Shown here piece by piece: positions 12,503 through 25,100 of a DNA stretch of 64,000 nt. The notes beneath the pieces are model-generated. The model did not search any database. It was not told the origin of the DNA and worked only from the letters and a program-made list of their open reading frames with translations. Source of the DNA: Octopus sinensis (lineage: Eukaryota). The translations under genes were made by a program, and so were the position numbers. The stretch is taken from the NCBI RefSeq assembly GCF_006345805.1, contig NC_043013.1, positions 19,034,001-19,098,000 of the forward strand, written 5' to 3'. How positions within the stretch are numbered: position 1 is the first letter of the stretch; every line of letters starts with the position of its first letter.

Positions 12503-12796
12503 CTGTTTCTAGCACTTTTCGATCACGGTAGACCTGGTGTTACTCAACAACGTGAACAACAACACGAACAATAACAATAACAACAAAAACAAGAACGATA
12601 TTTCTACAGCAGACATTTTGGGTCTGCTAACCCAAATGTGTTAGAAAGAACATAGATATTTATATGGGGGAAATAGAGCACAACACTGTTTTAAAACGTA
12701 TTGGAATTATATCTGTCACTAGTCCTTGATTAATTAGTTTTGAAGGAAGAGTAAGTATGTTTAAAATAGGTTACTATAATATAAACTTAGGCTCCG

Positions 12797-13420
12797 GAGG
12801 GTGGCAAGCTTGCACTGTCATTAGCACGTCGGGCAAAAGGCTTAGCGACAAATTGGCCGTCTTTGCGCTCTGAGTTCAAGTTCCACCAAATAACGAAGTT
12901 TCATTTCTTCCTTTCGGGGTCGATAAAATAAAAACCGGTTGAGCACTGGGGTCAATATAATAGACTTACCACCGCTCTCTCCCGAACTTGCTGGCTTTGT
13001 GACAAAATCTGAAACCAATACATAGGCGTAGGCGTGCCGGTGTGGTAAGAAGCTTGCTTCTCAACCACAAGGTTTCGCGTTCAGTTCCATCGAATGGTAC
13101 CTTGATCTGTTTTCTACTATTGGCCCGGGCTGACCAAAGCCTTGTAAATACATTTGGTAGACGGTAAATAAAAGAAGCCTGTCGTACACACACACACACA
13201 CACACACATATTCATGTGTGTGTATGTATGTGCATATCTATGCGTGTGACTTTTCGGATTGGGGTTGTCTCTTACAACCGGTGTTGGTTAGTATACATCC
13301 ACGTAACTTAGCAGGTCAAGAAATTTATCCGATAGAATAAGAGCCAGACTTGAAAAATAAATACTGGGATCGATTTGTTCGACTAAACTCTTTAAAGTGG
13401 TGTCCCATCATGACTGATCA
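12797..13420 (+). mobile_element. Diverged SINE B followed by diverged bipartite SINE C
   Basis: B core at ~12800-13015. The C head at ~13025-13185 is followed by (CA)n and a tail to ~13420. Confidence 0.7.
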
Positions 13421-14308
13421 TACGCTTACTCGCTGAAATGTTTGTCATAATTTGGTCATGTTTCCTTGAAATGGAGCGTAAAAAAAAACTATGTCGCTGA
13501 CAAATAGGTTCTTATAAGAGTTACAAGTCTTTATTTGTTTAACTGTCAGCGTATAATTCATAGCTTTTAAGTTGTGATTTTACCACACCGCTCTGTTAAT
13601 TGTTATATACATTTATTTTATTACCTGTAATCCAGTGGAGCGTCTCATTTTCACATTCTGGTTAACAAAGATACCTTGTTTCCAGGAACTTACAACCTTA
13701 CAATGAAAAGTTTCCTTCTGCTACAAGTAAACAGATTCTAGGGTTGTAAGTATTTACCAAATTGTGGCGGTTTAGCCAAAATACTGACAAGTAGTGGAAC
13801 TGCTAACCCTGTCACATCTCAGGACCTAAGGCGGAAGGAAATAAGTCAGTGCGTGACAGTACGACCTTCTGTGTTAGTCTTTTTACTCTTTTAGTTGTTT
13901 CAGTCATTTGACTGTGGCCATGCTGGTGCACCACCCTTAGTTGAGCAAATTGACCCCAGAGCTTATTCTTTGTAAGCCTATCAATATCTTTTGCCGAACC
14001 ACTAAGTTACGGGGACGTAAACACACAAGCATCGGTTGTCAAGCGATGTTGGGGGGACAAACACAGACACACAAACATATACACGCACTTAATACATACA
14101 TATATATATATCACGTCACGTGATATCACGTGACCGACCAGACTATCAGATGTTGTTACACATCGCTGGTCACAATGCGTTCGCATTGTTTTAGCCTTCG
14201 AATGACGCCACCCCGCTGGCTAAGCGAGCAGGCCAACAGAAGAAAAAGTGGGAGAAAATATATAGAAATATATGCATCTCGAATTAACAAAGGCGTCTCG
14301 CTGATATA

Positions 14309-14342
<34 letters not shown>

Positions 14343-14346
<4 letters not shown>

Positions 14347-14812
14347 CGAGACGCCTTTGTTAATTCGAGATGCACATATTTCTATATGAATAATATTTTG
14401 TCTAATGACTAATTCGTCTTTTGTGCTGGGCCACTGGTAGTAATCTATGTCATTACCCTTTTTTGATTATATTCACATATTACTTGATAGATTTGTTCGT
14501 AATTTTTCTTCCCGGCATGCCCTATATCACCGGGTAGATTTTGCGTCTGCGCAGAAGTTTGAAAAGTTAAGGTTTACAAATTGTTTAGATCAACACATGG
14601 TCTAACGCTCTGTGCATCACGTATTAACAAAGGCGTCTCGCTGATGAAACCGGCCTTAGCAAACATATTCTGTCTGTTTTGCTAGAAAGAGGTAGAAACT
14701 GATCAGTCCGGGATATATCGTTAATGGTAAATGTTTTTGATTTTCACTCTCGATGAATTTATCCCTTTTTTGTGTCCCTAGCACTTGGCATCCTTATTTG
14801 GGAGCCCTTAAT

Positions 14813-14815
<3 letters not shown>
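14343..14815 (+). mobile_element. PLE-type 3' terminal fragment between (TA)n tracts
   Basis: Contains an HHR, has inverted duplications at its 5' end, and ends in (TA)n. Confidence 0.7.
14636..14713 (+). ncRNA. Type I hammerhead ribozyme motif
   Basis: TCTCG-CTGATGA-a-ACC[TAGCAAA..TTTGCTA insert]GGT-a-GAAA-CTGATCAG-TC-CGGGA. Helix III is the palindrome ACTGATCAGT. Predicted cleavage is after GUC (14708). Confidence 0.87.
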
Positions 14816-14857
<42 letters not shown>

Positions 14858-15199
14858 ACAGGTTTCTTCAAGTTTTCGTCTACCAAATCTACTCACAAGG
14901 TTTTGGTCGGCCCGAAGCTATAAAGAAGACACTTGCCCAAGGTGCCATGCAGTGCGACTGAACCTGGGACCATGTGTTTCGTAAGCAAGCTACTTACCAC
15001 ACAGTCACTCCTGCACCTATTGTTGCAGACTACTTGTTTATTATGTGATAATGATGACAATAATATAAAAATAATTCTGTCTTTTATTCCTTTAAATTAT
15101 TTCCATCATCGGACTGCGGCTATGCTGGAGCACCGCCTTAATTTAATCTAATCTTTTTTTTTAGTTTTCTTGTCGGTTTATGATTGAAAGTTGGTCGAT

Positions 15200-15564
15200 G
15201 GTCGCGTTTGTGGCTGCTGACCTCACCTGATTGTATCCTTGAATAGTTTGTTGGTTGGTCTGGTATCGTTAGGAGTTCATCTAATGATGTTTTTGAAAGT
15301 TTCAGTAGAGGTCCCTTTCATAATCGTTTTGGACAAGCAGTTGAACACTTGAGGAATTCTGAATATTAAACTGGTACAGTAGAATGTTTTTGCTCGCGAG
15401 TTTGAAGATGGCATATTTGGAAGTTGACAGTACCTACCAGTTTGAGCATTAAAATTCGATTTAATGCCGATGTTTAGATGTCCCTTCTGGATCTTCCACA
15501 CGTATATAATAGTTTTCGTGTCTGTAGAGTTTAGCTCGAACCGGTAGTGCTCCTTCAGTTGCAT
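15200..15564 (-). mobile_element. CR1-like LINE ORF2 3' remnant
   Basis: IIYVWKI...TGRYC...RIPQVFNCL...FKN resembles the C-terminus of CR1-type ORF2 proteins. Confidence 0.6.
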
Positions 15565-15964
15565 TACCAGGCTGAGGATTTCTGGAAATTATCCATTATA
15601 GAAGCGGCCTGAAAGGCTTCCGAAAGAGACCAGTTACTTCATCCTTATCAATACCTATAGTTTTCTTGAGAAGACCATCACTCTTATGCACCACTAGGAC
15701 TCTGTACGTTGCTAACATGAAACTGCCACCATTTAGATGCTGCAGCACCAGCATCTAACAGGTACTCATTACAGCTGAGTAAACAGGAGAAACATGAAAT
15801 TAAGTACCTTGCTCAAGGGTCACAAAGTGGGATTCTGCTGAGGAATTGATCTGACGACTTAGGATAATTTTATTGCTGTTATTTAGCGCACTAGTTAACG
15901 ATATTAGGTTGAAAGGCTCTCCAGTCGTGCCGCACCACCTTTTTAAGAATTTGCTTTGAAGTCT

Positions 15965-16380
15965 CCGCTCTACAACGTAAAGTATAATAGCCATCTCAAT
16001 ATGGCTAACCACTAAGGGTGGGTGTTACTGTAGCTTTTAGCCCCAGGAGAACATCGTCTCCAGCTGGCTTTAGGCACACTATCTGTGCCCTTATGGTGAC
16101 GGAAGTTACTAGAAAAACCCATAAGTATTTGCAAACAAGTCTTCCTTTTCATCGTAAACCGGTGATTACCGTGCGTTGACAAGAGGCAAATACCTCGAAA
16201 CTGCAGTCCGTGCGTATCACTTAGGTTTACGAGAGAGGGATGACCTCCCTTTGCAAATACCACAAGAGCACAGATAGTGTGCCTAAAGCCAGCTGGAGAT
16301 GATGATCTCCTGGGGCTAAAAGCTACATTAACACCCACCCTTAGTGGTTAGCCATATTGAGATGGCTATTATACTTTACG
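15965..16380. mobile_element. Fold-back element with ~113-bp inverted arms enclosing a hammerhead
   Basis: Arms are 15976-16088 and 16268-16380. The flanking direct repeat GCTTTGAAGTCT is at 15953-15964 and 16380-16391. Confidence 0.82.
16171..16213 (+). ncRNA. Type I hammerhead ribozyme motif, U3-A8 core variant
   Basis: GTGCG-TTGACAA-GAGG-caaata-CCTC-GAAA-CTGCAG-TC-CGTGC, with a GUC cleavage triplet (16208). Helix I is extended by GTGAT/ATCAC and CGTAAACC/GGTTTACG. Confidence 0.8.
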
Positions 16381-19126
16381 CTTTGAAGTCTGTTATTCAA
16401 CAAGTCACGTGATAAGGTACAGTCTCTTTCGTAGATAAGCAGTGACCAATACTCGAGAAAAATAAAATATATTCCAACTCTTGATTACTTTATGGTCGTC
16501 AATTGTTTGATATTTTCTTGTTTTGAAAGCTGACTTATTCTTTAGGGTACAATGTTTACCAATGCTGTCCTGAGATTGTTGCCAAATTGGAATTTGTATC
16601 AATGTCTAAAGTCGCCTTTCGTCAATAACACAGGCAACCTTGAAACATTCAGATATTTTTTTTTTCTCAATCACTTTCATAGAATCTTAATTATTATTGC
16701 ATGGATCTACAAAAAAAAATTGTTCTTGACATTACGTGAATATTTGGAACGTGTCACTGGGAGCTGCAATTGTCCCTTTTGTCAATGTATCATTTATCTT
16801 TGAGAAATAACAGGCCACATCTGATTATAGATGAAAGTGGTGGGATGGTGTGGTGGAAGCGAGGTAGCAGTCCTCTAATCCATTGTGCACTGCTTTAAAA
16901 AGGAAGTACAAAAACTGACAGTAATGACATTGAAAGTCTTAATAAACAAACCACAAGTTTTAATAACAATGCACTTGACAATCAACTTTTGCTGCTTTCT
17001 ATTATTTGACGCCTTCTCCGTTCTTGTCAGCGTTGTATTTATTCTGTTTTTATATCGTCTTTTATACTAATTTGCATTGTATAACGTGTGTGAATTCCCA
17101 AACAAAAAGTAATAAACGATCACATGGAAATAATAGAATAGATATTTCTAAATGTGTTGTTCATATTTACATCTCTTCTTCTTGAGGCTCATCAAATTTA
17201 AAGTATGTATCATATCTTATTTGCGAAAGCGATCAGAATTGTCGTAGACCTAAGTAGAGTTTCAATAAATGACGGAAACCTGTTTGTCTATTTGACCACC
17301 TCGGTCAGTGTTGTAATAACAATACCACTTTTCACTAATGAAATCCAATACTCACGTAAGAGGAACTGTCGTCTGTTACGTTGTTGTTGTGGCGGGGGCT
17401 GTGGTTTAGTTACGTATCTATCCTGTTACAGCAGACATATGACCAGGAGTAATAAGAAAAAACTCGTCTTTTTTTTAAATAAAAACTATATTTTAAGAAA
17501 ACAAAGCTGCGATTTGAGAAAGATTTGGTTGCTAATTCTAACAAGTCAAGTTGCCTAACAGAGGCTCTCTCTTAGTAAACTTTGATTTGCTTGTTGTATC
17601 ATCTCTTGTGTTCTTTCTTCTTTAAAATAACAAAACTTTGATTTGAGGAAGATTTGGTTGCTACTTCTAACAAATAAACTTAATTACTGATACAATACAC
17701 TCAGGGGTATCTACTGCACAATATCGTCAGAGCTTTACTCTGAAGACTCGATATCTACTTGATATCATAAGACAACAAATTATAATAAATCAAAATTATA
17801 ACCTTAAAGATTAGAACAATTTTCATATAGATTTCTAATTCTAATGAAAAAAAAACGCAAAAAAAGAGAACCCTGAAATGTTAATAAATCAAATTAAATT
17901 AAATATGGAGTGTCAGTGAATGGAATAACTTGGGGCATCGTAACCAGTGAGTATAATAACTTGGGAGATTCTACTCTAAATCTATTTTATATCTCTCACC
18001 CAGATCAACAATGCTCGCTTATGCACAGTAAAATATAAGCAATATAAATATTTTGAAAGCATCCTATCAATTGATGCAACTGCAATTGCCAAGGGCCAAG
18101 GCAAAGATGGAAGAGATATCCTCATCAGCTACATAACGGTGTATTTTCTTGATTTTGTAGTCTCTGGCTGGAGCTGGCTCAAACTATTCTGAGTGAACAC
18201 TGACCAAGTTGCATAACACTAACCTCCCACCACTCATACAAACAAAATATCGAAATGGTCAAAAGAAAAACAAAAAAAGAGCGTAGGAAGAAATAGATAT
18301 GTCGAGCACCTATTTGTGAGGCTGACTCCCCACGTGTCATAATTCTGATCATGGCGGGTATGAGATAACCCCCAAAACTCAATTAAAACGCTTTTTCTCT
18401 AATTGAACAAATAAATCCGGTTCTGTAAAAAAAAAAAAGATTTATAAATTCCTTTCAAATGAGAGTGTATACGGTTCTAGTTTTTTTTCTTTATGATATC
18501 ATTCTTCTAATTTCCGGATACTGGCCGAGTTCCCAAGAGCTCTCCTTCATATGAGAATTAGTTCATTTGTAAGCCCTAATTCTTAGCCTGCACCCGACTC
18601 TATGGGTGTGTAAAGTAGAATTACTGATAACATTGTAGGTGTTGAATAACGTCACTGGAATATGTTGAACATTGATTTGCTGTTGATCTAGTGACGTCAT
18701 TGTAATTTTATCATGGAGCTATTGTATTAGTTTTCTTCGAACTATTGACGGGAGTGGTTAATGAAGTGACAGTGGCGAAGGAGGCACGTGGATTTCAGTT
18801 ATTCAAATAAAGCCGTTATCTTTCTTGAAGCGATATAAGTCAAAATTAAATATTTACCTACTACCTATTGAACTGACGGGAAATTTCTGAAGCTTTACAG
18901 AAATAATGAAATGCATTAGTAAAGCCTTCATGCCTTCACAGCAGGATTAGTGATGTGCGGCATGTCAAAATATTCTAGGCATATTTAGCCAAGAATGCCT
19001 ACAGGTGAATATTGAAATACTTAATTCTCTACACGTGTGGAAATTTGGGGGATCATGTAATGTCCGATTGCAATTTACACGATCCAAGCAACTGAAAGAA
19101 ACGTTTTATACTGAAAGAAACGTTTG

Positions 19127-19510
19127 TGTAGCCCCTTGTGGGCAATAAAGAAATAAGAGACGTTAGCACGCCGGGTGAAATGCTTTGCGGTATTTCGTCT
19201 GCCTCTACATGCTGAATTCAAATTCCGCCGAGGTCGACTTTGCCTTTCATCATTTCGGGGTCGATTAAATAAGTAGCAGTTACGCACTGGTGTCGATATA
19301 ATTGACTAACACCCTCCCCCACAATTTCGGGCCTTGTGTCTAGAGTAGAAAAGAATCGTTATCATGCTGGGTGAAATGCTTAGCGGCTTTTCTTCCGAAT
19401 GTACACTCCGAGTTTCAATATCGCCGAGGTCAACTTTGCCTTTCATTGTTTCGGGGTCAACAAAGTAACATTGAAGTCCCGGAGGCGATTGAATCGATTT
19501 TCCTTCACCC
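19127..19510 (+). mobile_element. SINE B cluster
   Basis: Two or three partial family B copies. Confidence 0.8.
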
Positions 19511-20439
19511 ACCGCCGGTGTTGCGCTGAAACTAGAAAAAATTAGAAAGGGTTATTATTTATCCACAGGTCCACTTCAAACGGTTAGGCCCCTGATGAAA
19601 TCTCTGCAACATACTGCAATGTCTATATTGTGCAAATATTTCTATATGAATGTAATACAATGAGGGAACACATGTGATACAGTGGGACACTGTAGACATA
19701 TAGCACATTTTTTTTACTGTTCAGTCTATTTCTGTACAATCATAGATACTGTGCAATTTATTGTTGATAACAATGATAGATTTATAATGAGAGGTAATCC
19801 GTCTCAATCATCTCATCTGCTTCCATTTCTACGACTGCATTGTTCAATTTGACCATCATATCTAAACAAAAAGATGAAATTTTGTACGAAGATTTGGCTG
19901 GCGTTTCTACTATGTGTAGCCATCGCCGAAGTTCTCCCTTACTGGTTGCTCTTATGTTCCTTGGTATTCAGATGTTTTGTTTTCAACTCTTCCGTTGGCC
20001 GATAGATGCGTTACACGTGCTAAACTCAAAACTGGTAAGCCTCAAAGGCATTGTCTGCTCTCTATAGATTCCTTTATAATTCTTCGTAAAACAAAAAATA
20101 TCAAACACTTTTGTCCAACTATTCACCATGTAAAATCGGATAACAATATATGTATGTACGAATACATACACACCCACACTCATAGTGATGGGAATAAAGG
20201 TTTGAAAAATAGATATATTGATAAATTTCTCACGAAATATTCGTTTAATTTGAACTGGGTAGATATCGACATTGAGACAATTCTATGAAACCTTTTCAAA
20301 ACCACAATCACTTTAAACGTTGTTATTGTTGTGCTTATTTTCTTTGCATTTTCTCAGATTTCTTCTGAATTGAAGTTCCAATTCTGTTAAAGTATTGGCA
20401 CAATATATAAATAATACAAAAGTAACTACTCTCATTGTT

Positions 20440-21620
20440 GGCAAAATTGCCTTTATAGGCTGAGTTCAAATTCCTGTAATGTTGACTTTGCCTTTCATCC
20501 TCCTCTGGTTGACAAAATAATTACCCGTCTAGCACCGAATCGACATAATTGGCTTGCCCCTCCCCTCCCGCCAAATTTTCATGCATTGGGCATATAGTAG
20601 AAAAGATTACTTTCTCTTGCAGAAAGGTAGCGAACTTGGCAGAGTGGTAACTGCCTCGGACAAAAGATTGAATACCATATATTCCAATTGGTTACGTTCT
20701 GATTTCAAACCCCGCCAATATTGAAGTTTCTTTTCATCCTTTCGGGGTCGATAACGTAACTTTGAAGTACTGGAGGTGCTATTATCGATTTTCCTTCCCC
20801 CATCCCTCAAACTGAGTCCAAATTCCGTCGATGTCGACTTTCCATTTCGAGGTTGATAAAATAACCTCAAGTTAAAATAAGCACTCTGGGGACGAAGTAA
20901 TTGTCCGAGCCCCAAAATTGCAGGCCTTGTGTCCAGAGTAGAAAGGATCATTATTATTTCTATTTTACTTACTTTCATCCTTTCTGTCTATTCAACGTTG
21001 AAAACTTGTCCTCCAATATGCGTTCACCCATTTCCCGCACTCACCACCTATACCGGAAACCTTGATGTTCAAACTCGTCCCCTCTACATATACCTAATAT
21101 CATTTTTATTGGCTAAAGTTGCAAGCTAGTAGAATCGTTACGACATCGTGTGAAATGCTTAGTAGCATATTTATCATCTTTATGTTCTGAGTTCAAGATC
21201 CACCGTAACTGGTACTTCGCCTTTCATCCTTTCAGTGTCGATAAATTAAGTACCAGTGAAACACTGGGGTCGATGTCATCGGTTAGTCCGCTACCTTAAA
21301 ATTCCAAGCTTTGTGCCTTTAGTAGAAAAGATTATTATTGTGAAGGCGTCGAGCTGGTAAAATAATACTTAGAGACGTTTCGTCCGTCTTTATCTTCTGA
21401 GATCAAATTCTCCGGAGGTCGATTTCGTATGTCATCCTTTTGAGGTCGACAAATTAATTACCAGTGAAACACTGGAGTCATGTAATCGACTAGTCCGCTT
21501 CTCCCAAATTTTAGGCCTTGGACCTTTAGTAGAAAGGATTATTATTATTGATGGTAAGGTGGCTAGCTGGCAGATTCGTCAGTACGCCGTGTGTGATGCT
21601 TCACGTTTTTTCGTCTGTGT
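20440..21620 (+). mobile_element. Cluster of diverged SINE B copies
   Basis: The core TTTGCCTTTCATCC..GTCGA recurs at about 20490, 20735, 20840, 21220 and 21430. Confidence 0.75.
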
Positions 21621-21705
21621 AGGTTGAATGGTTCAAGGTTGTATTTGTTTCCTATAGTTGTTTGGATTTTTGCTGTTCGCAGCGGTGTTTTTTTTTTTTT
21701 GAGAA

Positions 21706-22170
21706 ATGGCAAGGAGGAACAGGTGTTCTGACCTCAGCGAGTCGGACCTGTCGGCTTCGGAGGAGGAACTAGCGAGAGCGGTCAGCAGATTGGATATGGC
21801 GTTGGAAGGAAGAAGGACTTTTGCAGGAGCAATGAAACCAACTAGTAAGAAGGTTAACCTTGCTAAGTTACTGGACGGCCAAAAATAGGTGAAAAAGGTG
21901 GGCTTAAACGGGAAATATGAAGACAACAAGACATTGAATGTCATATTAGAGAAGCAAGATATGAATATAGTTATTTCTTTTAATGGCTTCGTCAGACATG
22001 GAACAGTAGCGGCGTCTACTCTTATCAATGACTTTTCAAATGGTGAAATGAAGGGAAAATGGTCATATGAAACTGTACTAAAATTTACCCGAATTCTTAC
22101 AACAGGGGTGAATCCGTCCCTCAAAAGCGTCCACGGACAAGGTAAAGATGTTAAACAGGGCATCGAGTAA
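21706..22170 (+). pseudogene. Interrupted ORF of unknown identity (possibly a LINE ORF1 5' remnant)
   Basis: ORFs 21706-21888 and 21889-22170 are in one frame separated by a single TAG. The sequence is purine-rich and coding-like, but no motif was recognised. Confidence 0.3.
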
Positions 22171-22654
22171 ATTCTACCACACCAAGAACAGCAATATTCT
22201 TGCAAACGGGCTTCCATACAATTTCTGTTTACCAAATTTTGTACTTGTGGCCTTTGTTGGTTTGAGGTTACATATTTGTCTAATGTGCCGTGTGATAGAA
22301 TCAAACCCGGAACCCCGCTGTTGTGAAGTGATCTTTTCATCACCACACCTACGTCAGTGCGTACTTGCAAGTCAGCACAGCAACTTTATCATAATAACGG
22401 AAGTGTCAATTCTTCTATTTGTAATAAACTTGTCATAAATTCCAAATAAATAAGTTTCTGAATTGTAATTGAGCGGAATCTCTGATTTTCTCAAGGGCAT
22501 TACGGGTGTGAGAGAAATAGAATCTATTGAAAATATGAAAAGCTTAACATTTACCTTGATTTTTCGGTTGTCACGTGAAAAATAGACACGCACACTACTC
22601 AGATCAATATCAGAGGTTTGACGTGTGAAATTTATCTTTGTTGTTAAATACATA

Positions 22655-22997
22655 TTTCTTTACTACCCACAAATAACTGGTACTTAATTTATCGACCCCG
22701 AAAGGACGAAAGGCGAAGTCAACCTCGGCGGAATTTGAACTCAGAACGTAGCGGCAGACAAAATACCTATTTCTTTACTATCCACAAGGGGCTAAACACA
22801 GAGGAGACAAACAAGGACAGACAAACGGATTAAGTCGATTACATCGACCCAGTGCATAACTGGTACTTAATTTATCGACCCCGAAAGGATGAAAGGCAAA
22901 GTCGACCTCGGCGGAATTTGAACTCAGAACGTAGCGGCAGGCGAAATACCGCTAAGCATTTCGCCCGGCGTGCTAACGATTCTGCCAGCTCGCCGCC
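22655..22997 (-). mobile_element. SINE B head-to-tail dimer
   Basis: A full copy followed by a headless second unit. Confidence 0.87.
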
Positions 22998-23477
22998 TTT
23001 TTTGTCGTTAAATACAGGCAATATAAAAGTTCTGTAGGAGAGTCTGTTTTTAAAGTTAGATTCGTTATGAAATGTTTGTCGTGGACTTCCTTTTGTTGTA
23101 CAAATTTCAGTGAATGTAACGGATATGATAAACAGTCGCAGAAATTGTAAAATCAAAGGCTTGCAACTTATTTTTTTCATTCTACTGCCTGTCCCTCGAA
23201 CTTGTATAGAACTTGTTTATGATATCTATTTAGAAACAGCTAGACATTTCTATTCAGCCAATTACCACCAATACTCTTTAGGACGAAAATTCCTTTATTT
23301 ACCAACTCTTATTCTAGATCACACGTGAGAATATGTGGCGTTAAATTATGAGTATAGTTATTGTGTTACTGTAGTATTTCTCGTTAGAATGAAACTCGAT
23401 CGATGTGGAGTTGGTGTGGTGGAATAATGACATCATGGAACGACTTAAATTATTAATATAATGATTTAGCAAATCAA

Positions 23478-24400
23478 AGCAGCAAGTTGGCAGAGTCGTT
23501 AGTACGGTGCGCAAAATGCTTAAAGGAATTTCGTCTGCCGTTACTTTCTGAGTTCAAATTCCGCCGAGGTCGACTTTGGCTTTCATCCTTTCGGGGTCGA
23601 TTAAAAAAGTACCAGTTACGCACTGAGGTCGATATAATCGACTTAATCCGTTTGTCTGTCCTTGTTTGTCTTCTCTGTGTTTAGACCCTTGTGGGTAGTA
23701 AAGAAATAAGTATTTCGTCCCTCATTACGTTCTGATATTAAATTCTGCCCCGATCGATTTTTGATTTCAGGATCGATAAAATAAGCAGCAGTTGAGCACT
23801 AGGACCGATGGAATTGACTTGTCCCCTCACTACAATGCTGGCCTTATGCCAAAATTTGAAACCGCTATATTGATACAGTGACGTCGTGATGAAGTGGCGA
23901 CTCATCTTCCTGGTGTCTTGTCTTAGTAACTGCCTAAGATCTGTGTATGTTACAATGATACTGTCACGGTGAAGAATCAAACCTTCATAATAGTTCTCTT
24001 CTGAACTTTGGAGAGTAATTATTTTCTGGCGTCGCACGGCCATTCTTTGTGATGTATATTTAGTTATGTTGCATGTTAGATCCTCCAAAATAGTGAGAAC
24101 TAACATTTATAATAGACCCTAAGGGTTCTCGCTCTATGTCATTTCATGTTTAGAATGGTGTAGATGATGATGTTTTCTTAATATTGATTTCAAATTTTGG
24201 CACAGGCCCAGCTATTTCGGGGGAGAGGCTAAGTCGATTACATTGGCCCCAGTAATCAACTTGTACTTATTTTATCGACCTCGGAAGGATGAAAGGCAAA
24301 GTCGACCTCGGCGGGATTTGAACTCATAACGTAAATTCGGAAGAAATACTTAGCAGCATTTTCCCGGCGTGCTAACGATTTTGCCAGCTCGTCGCCTTAT
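23478..24400. mobile_element. SINE B copies in both orientations
   Basis: Plus-strand copies at 23478-23860 and a minus-strand copy at 24190-24400. Confidence 0.8.
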
Positions 24401-24499
24401 GTTTCCTTAATATTTGTATTAATTATGTCTGTTTTCCTGTTGTTGTAGATAAGAGCGACCCATTTAGAGTGTCTTGTTTCGATGTGGTTGAAATTAAGG

Positions 24500-25100
24500 T
24501 AAGGAAGATTAGAGAGGACTAGAGGACTATATCAAATGTGTAGGAGTCACTGTTGTTGGCGGTGATGGCAAGCATGTCGGTTGGAAGAAGGAAGTGTATG
24601 AGAGACAAAGTCGAAGTCGAGCACACCCTAGGACTAACAGTGTAAGTCATAGGAAGTTCCTTCAACACTCAACACAAGAGAGTAATCTGGTAGAAACCAC
24701 AGTTCCAAGAGACAAAGTACACATGAATTTCAAAGATAGATCCAGAAATTCTCGATTCAGACATGATCGAAAGTTTTGCTGCTCTGGAAACCAACCTGAA
24801 TTGTAATCTATTTCTTTAGTATTAGAGCTCGCATAAAGGAAGAGGTCTCCTTCGGTCTCATGAAGTGGAAATCTTACTGATGTTCTTGAAAAAGGGGAGA
24901 GATTCGCGATGTTGGCGAAGATTGTTACTGATGGTTGTTTTAAAGTTATTGGGAGGTATCGAGAAGGAGTGTCCTAAGATGGTTGTTGGTAGGGTCATTA
25001 AAGATTATCTTCATCGGAATGGGTACGCTGCAGCATAGTTCTAAAGATCAGGATATGATTACTGAAAGGCGGGAAAGTTAGAAAGAGAGAAAGAGTAGAA
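24500..25100 (-). mobile_element. Highly decayed LINE RT remnant
   Basis: Frameshifted traces resemble the SKAFD and GVPQGS..LFLL..ND..YADD motifs on the minus strand. The match is weak. Confidence 0.35.

Larger units (their letters stand above)
13880..15018 (-). mobile_element. Bipartite SINE C whose internal microsatellite has received nested insertions
   Basis: The head (14858-15018) and tail (13880-14090) match the uninterrupted copy at 31750-32212. The intervening DNA is inserted into the internal (TA/CA) tract. Confidence 0.8.

Noticed and set aside
21633-22370. 245-aa minus-strand ORF
   Set aside because: It begins in a SINE C head and is antisense to the more coding-like plus-strand frame. 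No motif was recognised.
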